Shown here: piece by piece, positions 1 through 9,232 of the stretch | Layout: the number at the start of each line of letters is the position of its first letter | Numbering within the stretch: position 1 is the stretch's first letter | Assembly: GCA_903844265.1 (NCBI GenBank) | Contig: CAIMTB010000629.1 | Span: 1 to 52,015 of the forward strand | Direction of reading: 5' to 3' | Source: an uncultured Verrucomicrobiota bacterium | Lineage (GTDB): Bacteria > Verrucomicrobiota > Verrucomicrobiia > Limisphaerales > CAIMTB01 | Length of the DNA stretch: 52,015 nucleotides | The notes under the pieces: generated by a model | Databases searched by the model: none | What the model saw: the letters and a program-made list of their open reading frames with translations, nothing else | What the model was told of the DNA's origin: nothing | Translations under genes and position numbers: made by a program

Positions 1-89
1 ACGGCGATCAACCAGAGGTACCAGGGACGACCGCCACCCGCGGTCGGGGCGGCTGGGTTGGGGGACTTGGAACGAGGCGTTTCTCTCAT
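1..89 (-). CDS. Possible 5' end of a membrane/secreted protein running off the left edge
   Basis: Minus-strand ATG at 89 gives MRETPRSKSPNPAAPTAGGGRPWYLWLIA..., open to the edge, with a basic N-terminus followed by hydrophobic residues; only about 29 codons visible. Confidence 0.4.
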   Translation of the reverse strand, partial: MRETPRSKSPNPAAPTAGGGRPWYLWLIA

Positions 90-255
90 GTTACAGCGAC
101 GGTCGGACGGTGATCACGGTCAGAACGCGGGCAGCCTGCACCCGACCAACCGGTGCCGTCACGCCACCTTCGATGCGGGGCTTCGGTCCCCAGGACGGGC
201 CATTCCCGTCCGAAAAGATGCGCACCTGGAAACGGTGCATCGGGTAGTGCACCCG

Positions 256-396
256 AGTCAGGAGGTAGGGTGGGCAGTCCCTTGCCCGCCGGGCGATCGT
301 CGTCACCCGACGGCGCAGGGGGGGGTGGCGTGCCTGGGTGAGTCCGCAAAGGACGGCGCGCAGCGGAGTGCACGCCCACAACTCGTGGATGCACGG
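256..396. repeat. REP/REPIN-like composite, family A, copy 1 (internally deleted)
   Basis: AGTCAGGAG-GTAG-GGTGGGCAGTCCCTTGCCCGCC ... GGACGGCGCGCAGCGGAGTGCACGCCC ... GTGGATGCACGG; matches the reverse complement of 47340-47519 and of 28526-28645. Confidence 0.8.
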
Positions 397-463
397 CCCT
401 GGAAACCCGACGCGCATTTGCAGGTGACCGGGCGCACTGAAACTGCAAGAACTGTCCATCACC

Positions 464-1249
464 ATGAAGATTTCTCATTCCTTCCCGTGTAAAAATCAGG
501 CCTACCCATGCCGCCGCGCCCCTGGTTTCACGCTGATTGAGCTGCTCGTGGTCATCGCCATCATCGCGATCCTCGCCAGCATGCTCCTGCCGGCACTTGC
601 CAAGGCCAAGACCAAGGCCATCCAGATCAAGTGCACGAACAACATGCGCCAACTCGGCCTCGCGATTCGCATGTACGCCGACGACAACAAGGAGAACTTC
701 CCCGATTGCACCGGCGCCGTCTGGCCCTGGGACCTTCCCGCCAAGGCGGCCGATGCGTTCGTCGCCAACGGCGGAGGACGGCACATTCTCTACTGCCCCG
801 GTTTCGCCAAGCAGGACAACAACACGCTCTGGGCTTTCACCACCGGGGTGACCAATGAGATCGCCGGAGACAAGGCCAGTGGCTACCGCGTGATCGGCTA
901 CGCCGTGGCGTTCAAGGGCGCCGGCCGCATCAAGGCCACCAACATCACGGAATCCCTCAACCCCGCCCCGTGGAACATCGGCGGCGGCCTCACCGAAAAC
1001 CCGGGCCCATCCGCCCGCGTCGTGGCCGCCGACGGCACGATCTCGGTAGGCAGCAGTGAAAGCGACCGCTCCCGCAATCGCTACACGAAGATCGACGGCG
1101 GCTGGAAAGGCCACCAGTCCCCCCACCTCGCCAACAACAACATGCCCGCCGGAGGAAACCTCCTCTACCTCGACGGCCACGCCGCTTTCAACAAGTTCCA
1201 GACAATGCACGTCCGCACCGACGGAACCGACCCGAGCTTCTGGTGGTGA
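464..1249 (+). CDS. Prepilin-type N-terminal cleavage/methylation domain protein (DUF1559 / H-X9-DG-type C-terminus)
   Basis: [42 protein letters not shown], and C-terminal H...[10 protein letters not shown]; typical PVC expanded family. Confidence 0.92.
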   Translation: MKISHSFPCKNQAYPCRRAPGFTLIELLVVIAIIAILASMLLPALAKAKTKAIQIKCTNNMRQLGLAIRMYADDNKENFPDCTGAVWPWDLPAKAADAFVANGGGRHILYCPGFAKQDNNTLWAFTTGVTNEIAGDKASGYRVIGYAVAFKGAGRIKATNITESLNPAPWNIGGGLTENPGPSARVVAADGTISVGSSESDRSRNRYTKIDGGWKGHQSPHLANNNMPAGGNLLYLDGHAAFNKFQTMHVRTDGTDPSFWW

Positions 1250-1318
1250 ATGCCGGTTGGGGGCGGCGACGCGGTCAGATCACGGGGAACCCGCACGCCA
1301 CGGATGGGCCCATCACCT

Positions 1319-2095
1319 TCAGGTCAGATACTTCTGCACGATGTGCGGCGGCAGACCTTTGAGGTCCATCAGGGTGAGGAAATCGATCGTCTTGAATTCG
1401 CGGTCGATCGCAGGCGGGCCGCAGATCCGGGCGCCGATGGAGAGATAGGCGGCCAGGAGACGGGGGACGCGGGGCGGAGGCTCGACGAAGGCATCCATCG
1501 GGCACACGTGGCTGGGCTGGGGGACTGTCCGCCAGCCTTCGGGCGCGAGATGGCTGGATTCCAATTGCCGGTACATGGCCGCGCCTTCGCGGGGCTCCTG
1601 GGAGGTGAGCGAACTGCAGCCGATCAGGTACCCGGCATCCCTCTCCCTGGCATAGGCCGCGATTCCCTTCCAGAGCAGGCTGAGCACCGACAGATTCCGA
1701 TGCTGGGCGTGGACGCAGGCCCGGCCGAGCTCGATGATCTCGTTGCGTGCCGCCTCGAAGGGCGTGAAATCGAATTCCTGCTGGCTGTAATAACCAAGGT
1801 TCCGCAGCGCGGCCGCCCCCGTCTGCAGGCGGTACGTCCCGACCACCAGGCTCGTGGCGACCTCCTCCACGAGGAGATGGTCACAGACGGCATCAAAGGC
1901 ATCGACATCGAGCCCGATGGCATACGACTCGCTCAACCCCTCCCGCATCTCGAGGTTGAACACCTCGAACCGCAACCGCTGGGCGGCGCGGACATCCTCA
2001 GGCCGTGCCGCGAGCCGCAGGCTGTAGGCGCCCTGGCCCCGCGCAAGGATGCGATCACCCACCGTCGCGGGTCCGCTTTCCGGAGTTGGATTCAT
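1319..2095 (-). CDS. GNAT-family N-acyltransferase, OlsB (ornithine-lipid N-acyltransferase)-like
   Basis: AQRLRFEVF, D.DAFDAVCDHLL, VGTYRL, YYS..EFD, ELGRACV, YLIGCSS, LLAAYL..GA.ICGPPA.D..F.T.D; start moved to ATG 2095 (MNPTPES). Confidence 0.85.
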   Translation of the reverse strand: MNPTPESGPATVGDRILARGQGAYSLRLAARPEDVRAAQRLRFEVFNLEMREGLSESYAIGLDVDAFDAVCDHLLVEEVATSLVVGTYRLQTGAAALRNLGYYSQQEFDFTPFEAARNEIIELGRACVHAQHRNLSVLSLLWKGIAAYARERDAGYLIGCSSLTSQEPREGAAMYRQLESSHLAPEGWRTVPQPSHVCPMDAFVEPPPRVPRLLAAYLSIGARICGPPAIDREFKTIDFLTLMDLKGLPPHIVQKYLT

Positions 2096-2250
2096 CAAGG
2101 AATGACGCGCGGAGAAGGGACGGATCCGGAAGGTGTCACTCCCAGCCGACGCCCAACGACCCAAACGCCCCTGCCTGTCTAACCGTGCCACCGGCCAAAA
2201 CAAGCCCGAACCTCTGTCGTGATGCCTTCCCGACCATCGCGACCGAGTCT

Positions 2251-2314
2251 CGCGCCGTCCTTTGCAGACGCACCCAGGCACGGCGCCCTCGGAGAGGCCG
2301 CCCTACCGCCGAGA
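2251..2314. repeat. REP/REPIN-like family A, copy 2 (partial)
   Basis: Reverse complement reads TCTCGGCG-GTAG-GGCGGCCTCTCCGAGGGCGCC...GCAAAGGACGGCGCG, nearly identical to 50249-50311. Confidence 0.8.
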
Positions 2315-2396
2315 ACCCAGGGATCCAGTACCCCGACGCGTCCGCCCAACTTTTTGCTCCAAGCTGAGCTCGGGGACCTGCTATTCCTTCGGCCCC

Positions 2397-4298
2397 GTGT
2401 CGAACAATCCGCTCGCTGAAATCCGCCAAACCCGGCTCGACAAGGCCGCCGCCCTCCGCGCCCGCGGCCTAAACCCGTATCCTTCCAAGAGCCGACGGAC
2501 CCATTATGCCGACCGCGTCCTCGCCGATTTCGAGGCACTCTCAGGCCAGACGGTCACCGTGGCCGGACGGCTGATGTCGATGCGCGACCAGGGCGCCATC
2601 GCGTTCGCCCACGTCCAGGACCAGGGCGGCCGCATCCAGCTGTTCCTCCGGAAGAACGATGTCGCGATCACCGATCCGCTGCAGGGGACGCTGGGTTACG
2701 CCGAATTGAACCTCGCGGACCTCGGGGACATCATCGAGGCGACCGGCACGGTGATGAAGACGAAGCGGGGTGAGGTCAGCATCCAGGTCACCGAATTGCG
2801 CCTGCTCACCAAGGCCATCCGTCCGATGCCGGACCAGTGGCACGGGCTCAAGGACCGCGAGTTGGTTTTGCGCAAGCGCTACCTCGACACCACGCTCGAC
2901 CTCGCGACCAAGGATCGCTTTGGGGCCATCTCGCGGATGATCACCGCAATGCGCCAATTCCTGATCGGCCGCGGATTCCTCGAGTTCCAGACGCCCGTGA
3001 TCCAACCGCAATACGGCGGGGGCACGGCAAAGCCGTTCAAGACGCACGTCAACGCTCTCGGCGTCGACATGTATCTCGCGATCTCCCACGAACTCTATCT
3101 CAAGCGCCTCATCGCCGCCGGCTACGACAAGGTCTTCACCATCGGCCGCTACTTCCGCAACGAAGGCATCGACCGCTCGCATCATCCCGAGTTCTCCATG
3201 GTCGAGACCATGACCGCGTACGAGAACTACGAGTACAACATGCAGCTCGTGGAGGACATGTTCCGCCACGTGGCAACGACCGTCTTCGACCGCACCCAGT
3301 TCAAGGTGAAGGGCCACGAGATCGATTTCGCCCCCGCCTGGCGCCGCGTCCGCATGGCCGACGCGGTGAAGGAAAAGACCGGCGTCGACTTCCCGTCGAT
3401 CGCTTCGCTGGCCGAAGCCAACGCCGCCCTCGCACAGATCGGCATCGACGATCCCCAGGCCTCGATCGGCGAGGCCATGGTCCGGGCCTTCGAGCACGCC
3501 GTCGAAGCCACGCTCATCCAGCCCACGCTGGTGTATGGACAACCGGTCGAGATATCGCCGCTGGCCAAGCCAATGGCCGACGATCCGCGGTTCGTCGAGC
3601 GCTTCGAGATCTACATCGGAGGCATGGAATGCGGCGACAACTGGAGCGAACAGAACGACCCCGCCCAGCTCCTCGAAACCTGGCGCAGCGCCTACCGCGA
3701 AGCCGACCGCGACGAAGGCAAGTTCCACACCCTCGACTTCGATTTCATCGAATGCCTCGAGTACGGCATCCCTCCCACGACCGGCATCGGGCCCGGCATC
3801 GAGCGCATGGCCATGATCTTCACCGAGCAGGAGAACATCGACGACGTGATCTTCTTCCCCCTCCTCCGACCGGTGATCTCGCCCATCAATGCCCAACTCT
3901 ACGGCATTGAAAAACCCGCCGAACCCGGGCCCGCCAACTGGGACGGTGCGGCTGCCGTGACCTTCGACGAATTCAAGAGGCTCAGCCGCGACGGCGCCAT
4001 CACCGCGCACGGATCGGCACTGATCCTCCGGCCGGCAGTCCGGATGTGGTCCTCGATCGCGCCCGCCGCGGTGACCCGCTTCACCGCCTACGCCGACATC
4101 GAAGGGCTTCTCCCCCACGGGTCCGTCAGGGTCGCCGGCCTGCCGTTGCCCCACGACGAAACCACCCCCGAATCCGCCGTGGCTGAACTCGTCGCGTTCC
4201 TCAAGGCCACGTTCCCGGGCAGGGAAGTGAACATCGCACCCACGGGCAAGGCTCCCCCACCACCCACCGAACCGCACATGGATTCACCCGGCCTCTGA
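2397..4298 (+). CDS. lysS: Lysine--tRNA ligase (class II) with a ~140-aa C-terminal extension
   Basis: OB-fold (VAGRLMS.R..G...F), RKRYLD, YGGGTAKPFKTH.NAL, YLAISHELYLKRL, FRNEGIDRSHHPEF, ERFE, EYGIPPT.GIG.GIER, DVIFFP; likely GTG start at 2397. Confidence 0.95.
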   Translation: MSNNPLAEIRQTRLDKAAALRARGLNPYPSKSRRTHYADRVLADFEALSGQTVTVAGRLMSMRDQGAIAFAHVQDQGGRIQLFLRKNDVAITDPLQGTLGYAELNLADLGDIIEATGTVMKTKRGEVSIQVTELRLLTKAIRPMPDQWHGLKDRELVLRKRYLDTTLDLATKDRFGAISRMITAMRQFLIGRGFLEFQTPVIQPQYGGGTAKPFKTHVNALGVDMYLAISHELYLKRLIAAGYDKVFTIGRYFRNEGIDRSHHPEFSMVETMTAYENYEYNMQLVEDMFRHVATTVFDRTQFKVKGHEIDFAPAWRRVRMADAVKEKTGVDFPSIASLAEANAALAQIGIDDPQASIGEAMVRAFEHAVEATLIQPTLVYGQPVEISPLAKPMADDPRFVERFEIYIGGMECGDNWSEQNDPAQLLETWRSAYREADRDEGKFHTLDFDFIECLEYGIPPTTGIGPGIERMAMIFTEQENIDDVIFFPLLRPVISPINAQLYGIEKPAEPGPANWDGAAAVTFDEFKRLSRDGAITAHGSALILRPAVRMWSSIAPAAVTRFTAYADIEGLLPHGSVRVAGLPLPHDETTPESAVAELVAFLKATFPGREVNIAPTGKAPPPPTEPHMDSPGL

Positions 4299-4348
4299 GG
4301 GATGTCCCGAGTCTCGGGCCGGGCGTCTCCAGACCCGCGGCCGGGCCC

Positions 4349-6622
4349 TCACGCCCACCCCAGCGCCCGTCCGATTTGGCGGACCGCAAAGGCGAGGATC
4401 CACGCCAACCCGCTCATGTAGCCGAGCTGGAAAAAGGCCCATTTCCAGGTGTTGGTTTCGCGGCGAACCACGGCGATCGTGCTCACGCACTGCAGGGCGA
4501 AGACATAGAAGACCATGAGGGTGACGCCCGTCAGGGGCGTGTAGAGAGCCGTGCCATCGTCCCGCCGTTGCGCCTGCATGGCCGCCACCAATCCGCCACG
4601 ACCTTCCGCCGAACGGTCGTAGTCCCCCACGTTGTAGACCGTCGACATCGTGCTGACGAAGACCTCGCGTGCGGCGAATGACGAGACGATCCCGATGCCG
4701 ATCTTCCAGTCGAATCCCAAAGGCACGAGCGCCGGCTCGATGGCACGCCCCAGGATCCCCGCAAAACTGTGTCGCAACCGGTCGCCGGCCACCTCGTGGT
4801 CGATGCTTCGCAACTGCTCCGCCCGCGCTGGCCCGGCCGGGGCAGCCTCGATCACCGCCCGACGCGTGGCAAATCCAGCGGCCCGCGTCGCGCTCCGGGG
4901 ATACGTCGCCAGCACCCAGAGGACCATGTTGATCACGAGGATCACGGTCCCGGCGCGGCGGACGAAGAGCATCGAGCGGTCCCACATGTGCCGCACCACG
5001 GTGCGCAGGCTGGGCCGCTTGTAGGGCGGCAGCTCCATGATGAGCAACGGGGTATGCCCTTTGAGCAGGGTGCGCTTGAAGAGCCACGCCATCCCCAGCG
5101 CGACGGTGATCCCCAGCAGGTACATGCCCAGCATCGTCAGCGCCGAGAGCCTCATGAACCCGAACACCAGGACGTCCGGGATGCACGCCGCGATGAGCAC
5201 CGTGTAGACGGGAAGCCGCGCGGAACAGCTCATCAGCGGCGCCACCAGGATCGTCACCAACCGGTCCTTCGGCGTCTCGATCGTCCGGGTCGCAAGAATC
5301 CCCGGAATCGCACAGGCGAACGAGCTCAGCAACGGGATGAAGCTCTTTCCGTGCAGCCCCACCTTGCTCATCAGCCGATCCATCAGGAACGCCGCCCGCG
5401 CCATGTAGCCGGTGTCCTCGAGCAACCCGATGAACAGGAACAGGAGCAGGATCTGCGGGAGGAACACCAGAACCGCACCCACGCCCGCGACCACACCGTC
5501 CGAAATCAAGTCGTGCAGATCACCCGCCGGCATCGACGCATTCACCACCCCGCCCAGCCACACCACGCCGGATGAAATCCATTCCATCGGCACCGTGGCC
5601 AGGCTGAAGATGCTCTGGAACATCAGGAACATCAGCGACACGAAGATCAAAGGCCCCCACGCACCATGGGTCACCACGCGGTCGAGGCGGTCGCTGAACG
5701 TCTCCCCGGGCAACACGGCCTCGCGGCTCACCGCCCAGTGAATCTCCGAGACACGCGCGTACCGGGCCTCGATCGCTACACTGGCCCACTCGATTCGCGC
5801 GATCTCAAGGCGCGACCTCGCGGCACGCACCCGCTCGTCGAGACCCGGAACAGCACGCCCCCCCGCCTCCAGCGCCCGCAACGCCTTGTCGTCGCTCAAC
5901 AGCAGCAAGGCCTCCGGCGCGCGCGGCACCGCCCGCGATCGCGCCCCACCATCCGACTGCAGCCATTCCGCCAGGGACCGGCGCTCTTCGGCCATGCCGG
6001 CCGGAAGCTCGAGGAAGGAGCGCGGTTTCGGACGCGTCTCGGCTTCGGGATGAAGCGCCAGCCGCAACACCTCCGCACGAAGACGATCCAGCCCGTCGCT
6101 GCGGTTGGCGACCATCGGCACCACCGGGACACCGAGCTCCTCCGCGAGGGCAGCTGCATCGACCTCGATCCCGTTGTCCCGCGCCACATCCACCATGTTC
6201 AGCCCGAGGACCGTCGGGTAGCCCAGCTCGATCACCTGGGTTGCATAGTAGAGGTTGCGCTCGAGGTTCGACGCGTCGACGACGACCACCACCAGCGTGG
6301 GAGCAGGCACCTCGTCGAGCCGCTGCAACAAGACGTCGCAAGCCACCGCCTCGTCGATCGACTGCGGGCTCAGGCTGTAGGAACCGGGGAGGTCGAGGAT
6401 CGTGAACCGCAGATGCGGCGGCGTGCCACGCAGGCGCCCTTCCTTGCGCTCCACCGTCACGCCCGCGTAGTTGCCCACCTTGGCGCGGAGACCCGTCAAG
6501 GCGTTGAACAACGTGGTCTTGCCGCAGTTGGGATTCCCGGTCAGCGCGACGAGAAACTCCCGCGGCTCCGACGACGAGCCGGAGGCGGAGGATGGGTGTG
6601 GAAACGGCTTGGCGACCATCAT
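4349..6622 (-). CDS. feoB: Ferrous iron transport protein B
   Basis: G1 GNPNCGKT, G2 NYAGVTVE, G3 DLPG.YSL, G4 NMVD; LEDTGYMARAAF, PLMSCSARLPVY, ELPPY, AAREVFVST. Confidence 0.96.
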   Translation of the reverse strand: MMVAKPFPHPSSASGSSSEPREFLVALTGNPNCGKTTLFNALTGLRAKVGNYAGVTVERKEGRLRGTPPHLRFTILDLPGSYSLSPQSIDEAVACDVLLQRLDEVPAPTLVVVVVDASNLERNLYYATQVIELGYPTVLGLNMVDVARDNGIEVDAAALAEELGVPVVPMVANRSDGLDRLRAEVLRLALHPEAETRPKPRSFLELPAGMAEERRSLAEWLQSDGGARSRAVPRAPEALLLLSDDKALRALEAGGRAVPGLDERVRAARSRLEIARIEWASVAIEARYARVSEIHWAVSREAVLPGETFSDRLDRVVTHGAWGPLIFVSLMFLMFQSIFSLATVPMEWISSGVVWLGGVVNASMPAGDLHDLISDGVVAGVGAVLVFLPQILLLFLFIGLLEDTGYMARAAFLMDRLMSKVGLHGKSFIPLLSSFACAIPGILATRTIETPKDRLVTILVAPLMSCSARLPVYTVLIAACIPDVLVFGFMRLSALTMLGMYLLGITVALGMAWLFKRTLLKGHTPLLIMELPPYKRPSLRTVVRHMWDRSMLFVRRAGTVILVINMVLWVLATYPRSATRAAGFATRRAVIEAAPAGPARAEQLRSIDHEVAGDRLRHSFAGILGRAIEPALVPLGFDWKIGIGIVSSFAAREVFVSTMSTVYNVGDYDRSAEGRGGLVAAMQAQRRDDGTALYTPLTGVTLMVFYVFALQCVSTIAVVRRETNTWKWAFFQLGYMSGLAWILAFAVRQIGRALGWA

Positions 6623-6748
6623 TCCCTTCCAATCTCCACAACCCCACGCGCCACGGCTTGCGACAACTTGCGGTTGATTGTCGGGAGCTTGACCCCGACC
6701 CCAGACGATCCACGCACCGAAACACCCTCCGGCCCCGGGCTCTCCCGG

Positions 6749-7009
6749 TCACCGCACCGGCATGGGACGCACCAGGATCTGCTCGGCATCGCTCCGCCGA
6801 AGCGTCAGATGGTACCCGCGCACCTTGATCTCCACCGGATCCCCCATGGGCGCAAACCGGACCAACTCGAGCGGGGTCCCGACAATCAGCCCCATTTCCA
6901 GAAGCCGCGAACGGTCGGCCATCGCGATGCGGATCTCGGCCACCCGACCTCGCGCCCCGGCGGCAAGCGAGCTGAGCGGGATGGGCTGGATGTCTGTGGA
7001 ATCACTCAT
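6749..7009 (-). CDS. feoA: FeoA family protein (second copy)
   Basis: RLLEMGLIVGT.LELVRFAPMGDPVEIKVRGYHLTLRRSDA. Confidence 0.93.
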   Translation of the reverse strand: MSDSTDIQPIPLSSLAAGARGRVAEIRIAMADRSRLLEMGLIVGTPLELVRFAPMGDPVEIKVRGYHLTLRRSDAEQILVRPMPVR

Positions 7010-7308
7010 TGCGGACGAGGTCGGGCATTGGGTTGTGCGGGCTCCACGACGATCATGCTCGCGAGGTCCTTGCTGATCCCGAGCCGGACATTGCAGACCT
7101 GACAGATGACATGCGTGTGCTTGCTCAGCACCCGCACCCGCTGCCGCTCGCAGAACCCCAGTTCACGCAGGCGGATCGCCACGTCCGCCGGCGCCTTCAA
7201 TTCCCGAACCATCAACGAAGCCCCCGCTGCGGCCTGCGCCAGGGAGCACGTCACGGGATCGCCACACAGTCTCGGCACAGGAACGTCCTTCTCCGACGGT
7301 TGCGTCAT
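7006..7308 (-). CDS. feoA: FeoA family protein (first copy)
   Basis: RLRELGFCE...VRVL.....ICQVCNVRLGISKDLASMIVV; ATGA overlap with the downstream feoA. Confidence 0.85.
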   Translation of the reverse strand: MTQPSEKDVPVPRLCGDPVTCSLAQAAAGASLMVRELKAPADVAIRLRELGFCERQRVRVLSKHTHVICQVCNVRLGISKDLASMIVVEPAQPNARPRPQ

Positions 7309-7354
7309 CAGGGGCCAACCTGTCTGCGCCCGGTTCCCGGTTCAAGCCGGTTTC

Positions 7355-8293
7355 TCAGTGCATCTCGATGTCACACGATCCGATGGCTCCCGCGAAGTAG
7401 TTGAACTGCACGTTGGGATGCTCGCCGAGCAGCGACATCGGCACACACGAATCCACGATCCCCTTGGAGATCATGTACGCCGTGAGCCGCATCCCGAACG
7501 GGTTGTCATGGTGCCCGGGATGCCAGATCGAAACCTTCTCGGCACGCCACGTCTCCAGCGGCCCCACCGTCACCGCGCGGGTCGGCACCAACGAGATGTT
7601 CCCGCCCGCACTGGTCCGCGCATTCTGCGCGAGTGTCAGCGGGTGAAGATCCACGACGCGGGTCGCGAGCTTCCGGTATTCCGAAGCCGGCGGCGGGTCG
7701 GTGCGCCACTTGCCCCGGCGCGGAAGCGGATCGTTGAACGCCCAATGCTTGATGTCCCCCTGCCCACCCTGCATCACCGCACACCGAACCCCGGCATCCC
7801 ACGAACGCCGATACACCGCCGTGTCCGCCTTCGGAAAATGAAGGTTCGCATCCGGCATGCACAGCCGCCCATCCATCCGACTGAAGCACAGCTCACGGTC
7901 ACACCGCTCGAAGCTGAGTGGATGCGTCGCCGGCACCTCCTTCCCCGTCGCCGCATCGACCCACTCGTCCATGCCCCAGAAATGCGCCGACCGCACGTCC
8001 AGCCCAAGCGCATTCACGATCCGCGCCACCAGCGGCAGATGCTCCGTCGGCCCGATCGGACCACAGACCCCCACCGGGTTGTCGTCCGTGCTCTGCTGCC
8101 AAGCCTCGATGTATTCAAGGGCCTCGGCCAGGTAGAATTCCTCGAGCGTCGGATACGTCCGGACCGTGAATCCAGGCCGCGACAAACGGGCCAGGTCGCG
8201 GGCCTTGAGCCGGGCCACCTCCGCCAACAACTCGGCGTCGAGCGTCGTGTAATCCCACCAATCCGGTGCAATCGTACTCTGTTTCCGCGGCAT
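7355..8293 (-). CDS. Glucosamine-6-phosphate isomerase/deaminase (NagB)-superfamily protein
   Basis: HFWGMDEW (cf. NagB F.LDEY), [19 protein letters not shown] (cf. GIG.NGH.AFNEP); start at ATG 8293 ([15 protein letters not shown]). Confidence 0.8.
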   Translation of the reverse strand: MPRKQSTIAPDWWDYTTLDAELLAEVARLKARDLARLSRPGFTVRTYPTLEEFYLAEALEYIEAWQQSTDDNPVGVCGPIGPTEHLPLVARIVNALGLDVRSAHFWGMDEWVDAATGKEVPATHPLSFERCDRELCFSRMDGRLCMPDANLHFPKADTAVYRRSWDAGVRCAVMQGGQGDIKHWAFNDPLPRRGKWRTDPPPASEYRKLATRVVDLHPLTLAQNARTSAGGNISLVPTRAVTVGPLETWRAEKVSIWHPGHHDNPFGMRLTAYMISKGIVDSCVPMSLLGEHPNVQFNYFAGAIGSCDIEMH

Positions 8294-8302
8294 GATCCGG
8301 TC

Positions 8303-8331
8303 GTCATGCGGGATGGAGGTCCGACGGTCAA
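8303..8331 (-). promoter_or_regulatory. Putative sigma70-type promoter of the NagB-like gene
   Basis: TTGACC-N17-CATGAC on the minus strand, ending 9 nt before the ATG. Confidence 0.45.
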
Positions 8332-8352
8332 TACCCGTCTTCATCCTCCACT

Positions 8353-9180
8353 TCAAACCCGGCTCTCGCGCCCCACGCCCCCACGAAAACGCACACCTCC
8401 ACCCCTGCTTCCAACCGGGTTCACCAGGAACGACCGACCCAGCACCGTATGCAACGGGTCCACCCCGGCCGCCGAAAATCCCAGATGCGTGTGGCGCCTC
8501 CATCCCTCCGCATGCTCGAACCGTCCCGATTGCCGACCCACTTCGCGTCCAAAATCCTCCATGGCCTGAAGGTAGGAATCCATGCCCTGGCTCTCGTCGA
8601 GCCACGCCCTCTGGCTGCTGTGCACCGCCAGCGCAGCACGCTTCGCCTCCTGCACAGCCGTGGTGTCCACCCACGCCCCCGCCGACGCCGGCGCCCCGAG
8701 CGGATCACACAGGCCATGCGGCATCGCATGATAGATCGTCACGTCCCCATGGATCGCCGGGGTCGACGGCTCGGTCCGATAATTCGGCATCCCGCGCGAA
8801 AAAGCCGCGGTCACCGCCAGCCGGCAGGTGTTCACGTGATCCTCCATGTAGTCCACCGGAGGATGCGTCAGGACGATTGTCGGCCCCACCTTCCGCACCA
8901 CCGCCGCCACCCGCCGCAACAGACGGTCCTCATAAAAAATCTCAAGGTCGTCTGCGATCGGCGCGTGCCACACCGCCCCCATGAGCTTCGCCGCAGCCTT
9001 CGCCTCCTTCCGTCGCATCCCACGCAACCGTCCCGGGGGAATCGTCGCCGAACCGCAGTTGCCCGAGCTCAGGTTGAAGTAATGGATCTTCCACCCCGCA
9101 CGTCGAAGCAGGATCAAGGTCCCCGCCATCAGGAACTCGATGTCGTCGGGATGGGCGGCAATCGCAAGCGCGGAAGGCAT
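8353..9180 (-). CDS. PIG-L/LmbE family N-acetyl-sugar deacetylase
   Basis: [33 protein letters not shown]; start at ATG 9180 ([13 protein letters not shown]). Confidence 0.9.
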   Translation of the reverse strand: MPSALAIAAHPDDIEFLMAGTLILLRRAGWKIHYFNLSSGNCGSATIPPGRLRGMRRKEAKAAAKLMGAVWHAPIADDLEIFYEDRLLRRVAAVVRKVGPTIVLTHPPVDYMEDHVNTCRLAVTAAFSRGMPNYRTEPSTPAIHGDVTIYHAMPHGLCDPLGAPASAGAWVDTTAVQEAKRAALAVHSSQRAWLDESQGMDSYLQAMEDFGREVGRQSGRFEHAEGWRRHTHLGFSAAGVDPLHTVLGRSFLVNPVGSRGGGVRFRGGVGRESRV

Positions 9181-9232
9181 GGCTCGGGAAGTTCTGGGAA
9201 TTGCAGTGGGTCTAGCGGCAACGACGACCGCC

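Noticed and set aside
464-1249. Type IV pilus or type II secretion locus
   Set aside because: Solitary member of the expanded PVC prepilin-like family; no assembly ATPase, platform or secretin genes nearby
2541-4277. Long antisense and alternate-frame ORFs (for example 2541-4277, 9140-11128, 12824-14794, 21223-22905, 35488-37224)
   Set aside because: Shadow ORFs expected from high-GC codon bias opposite well-supported genes; no recognisable motifs
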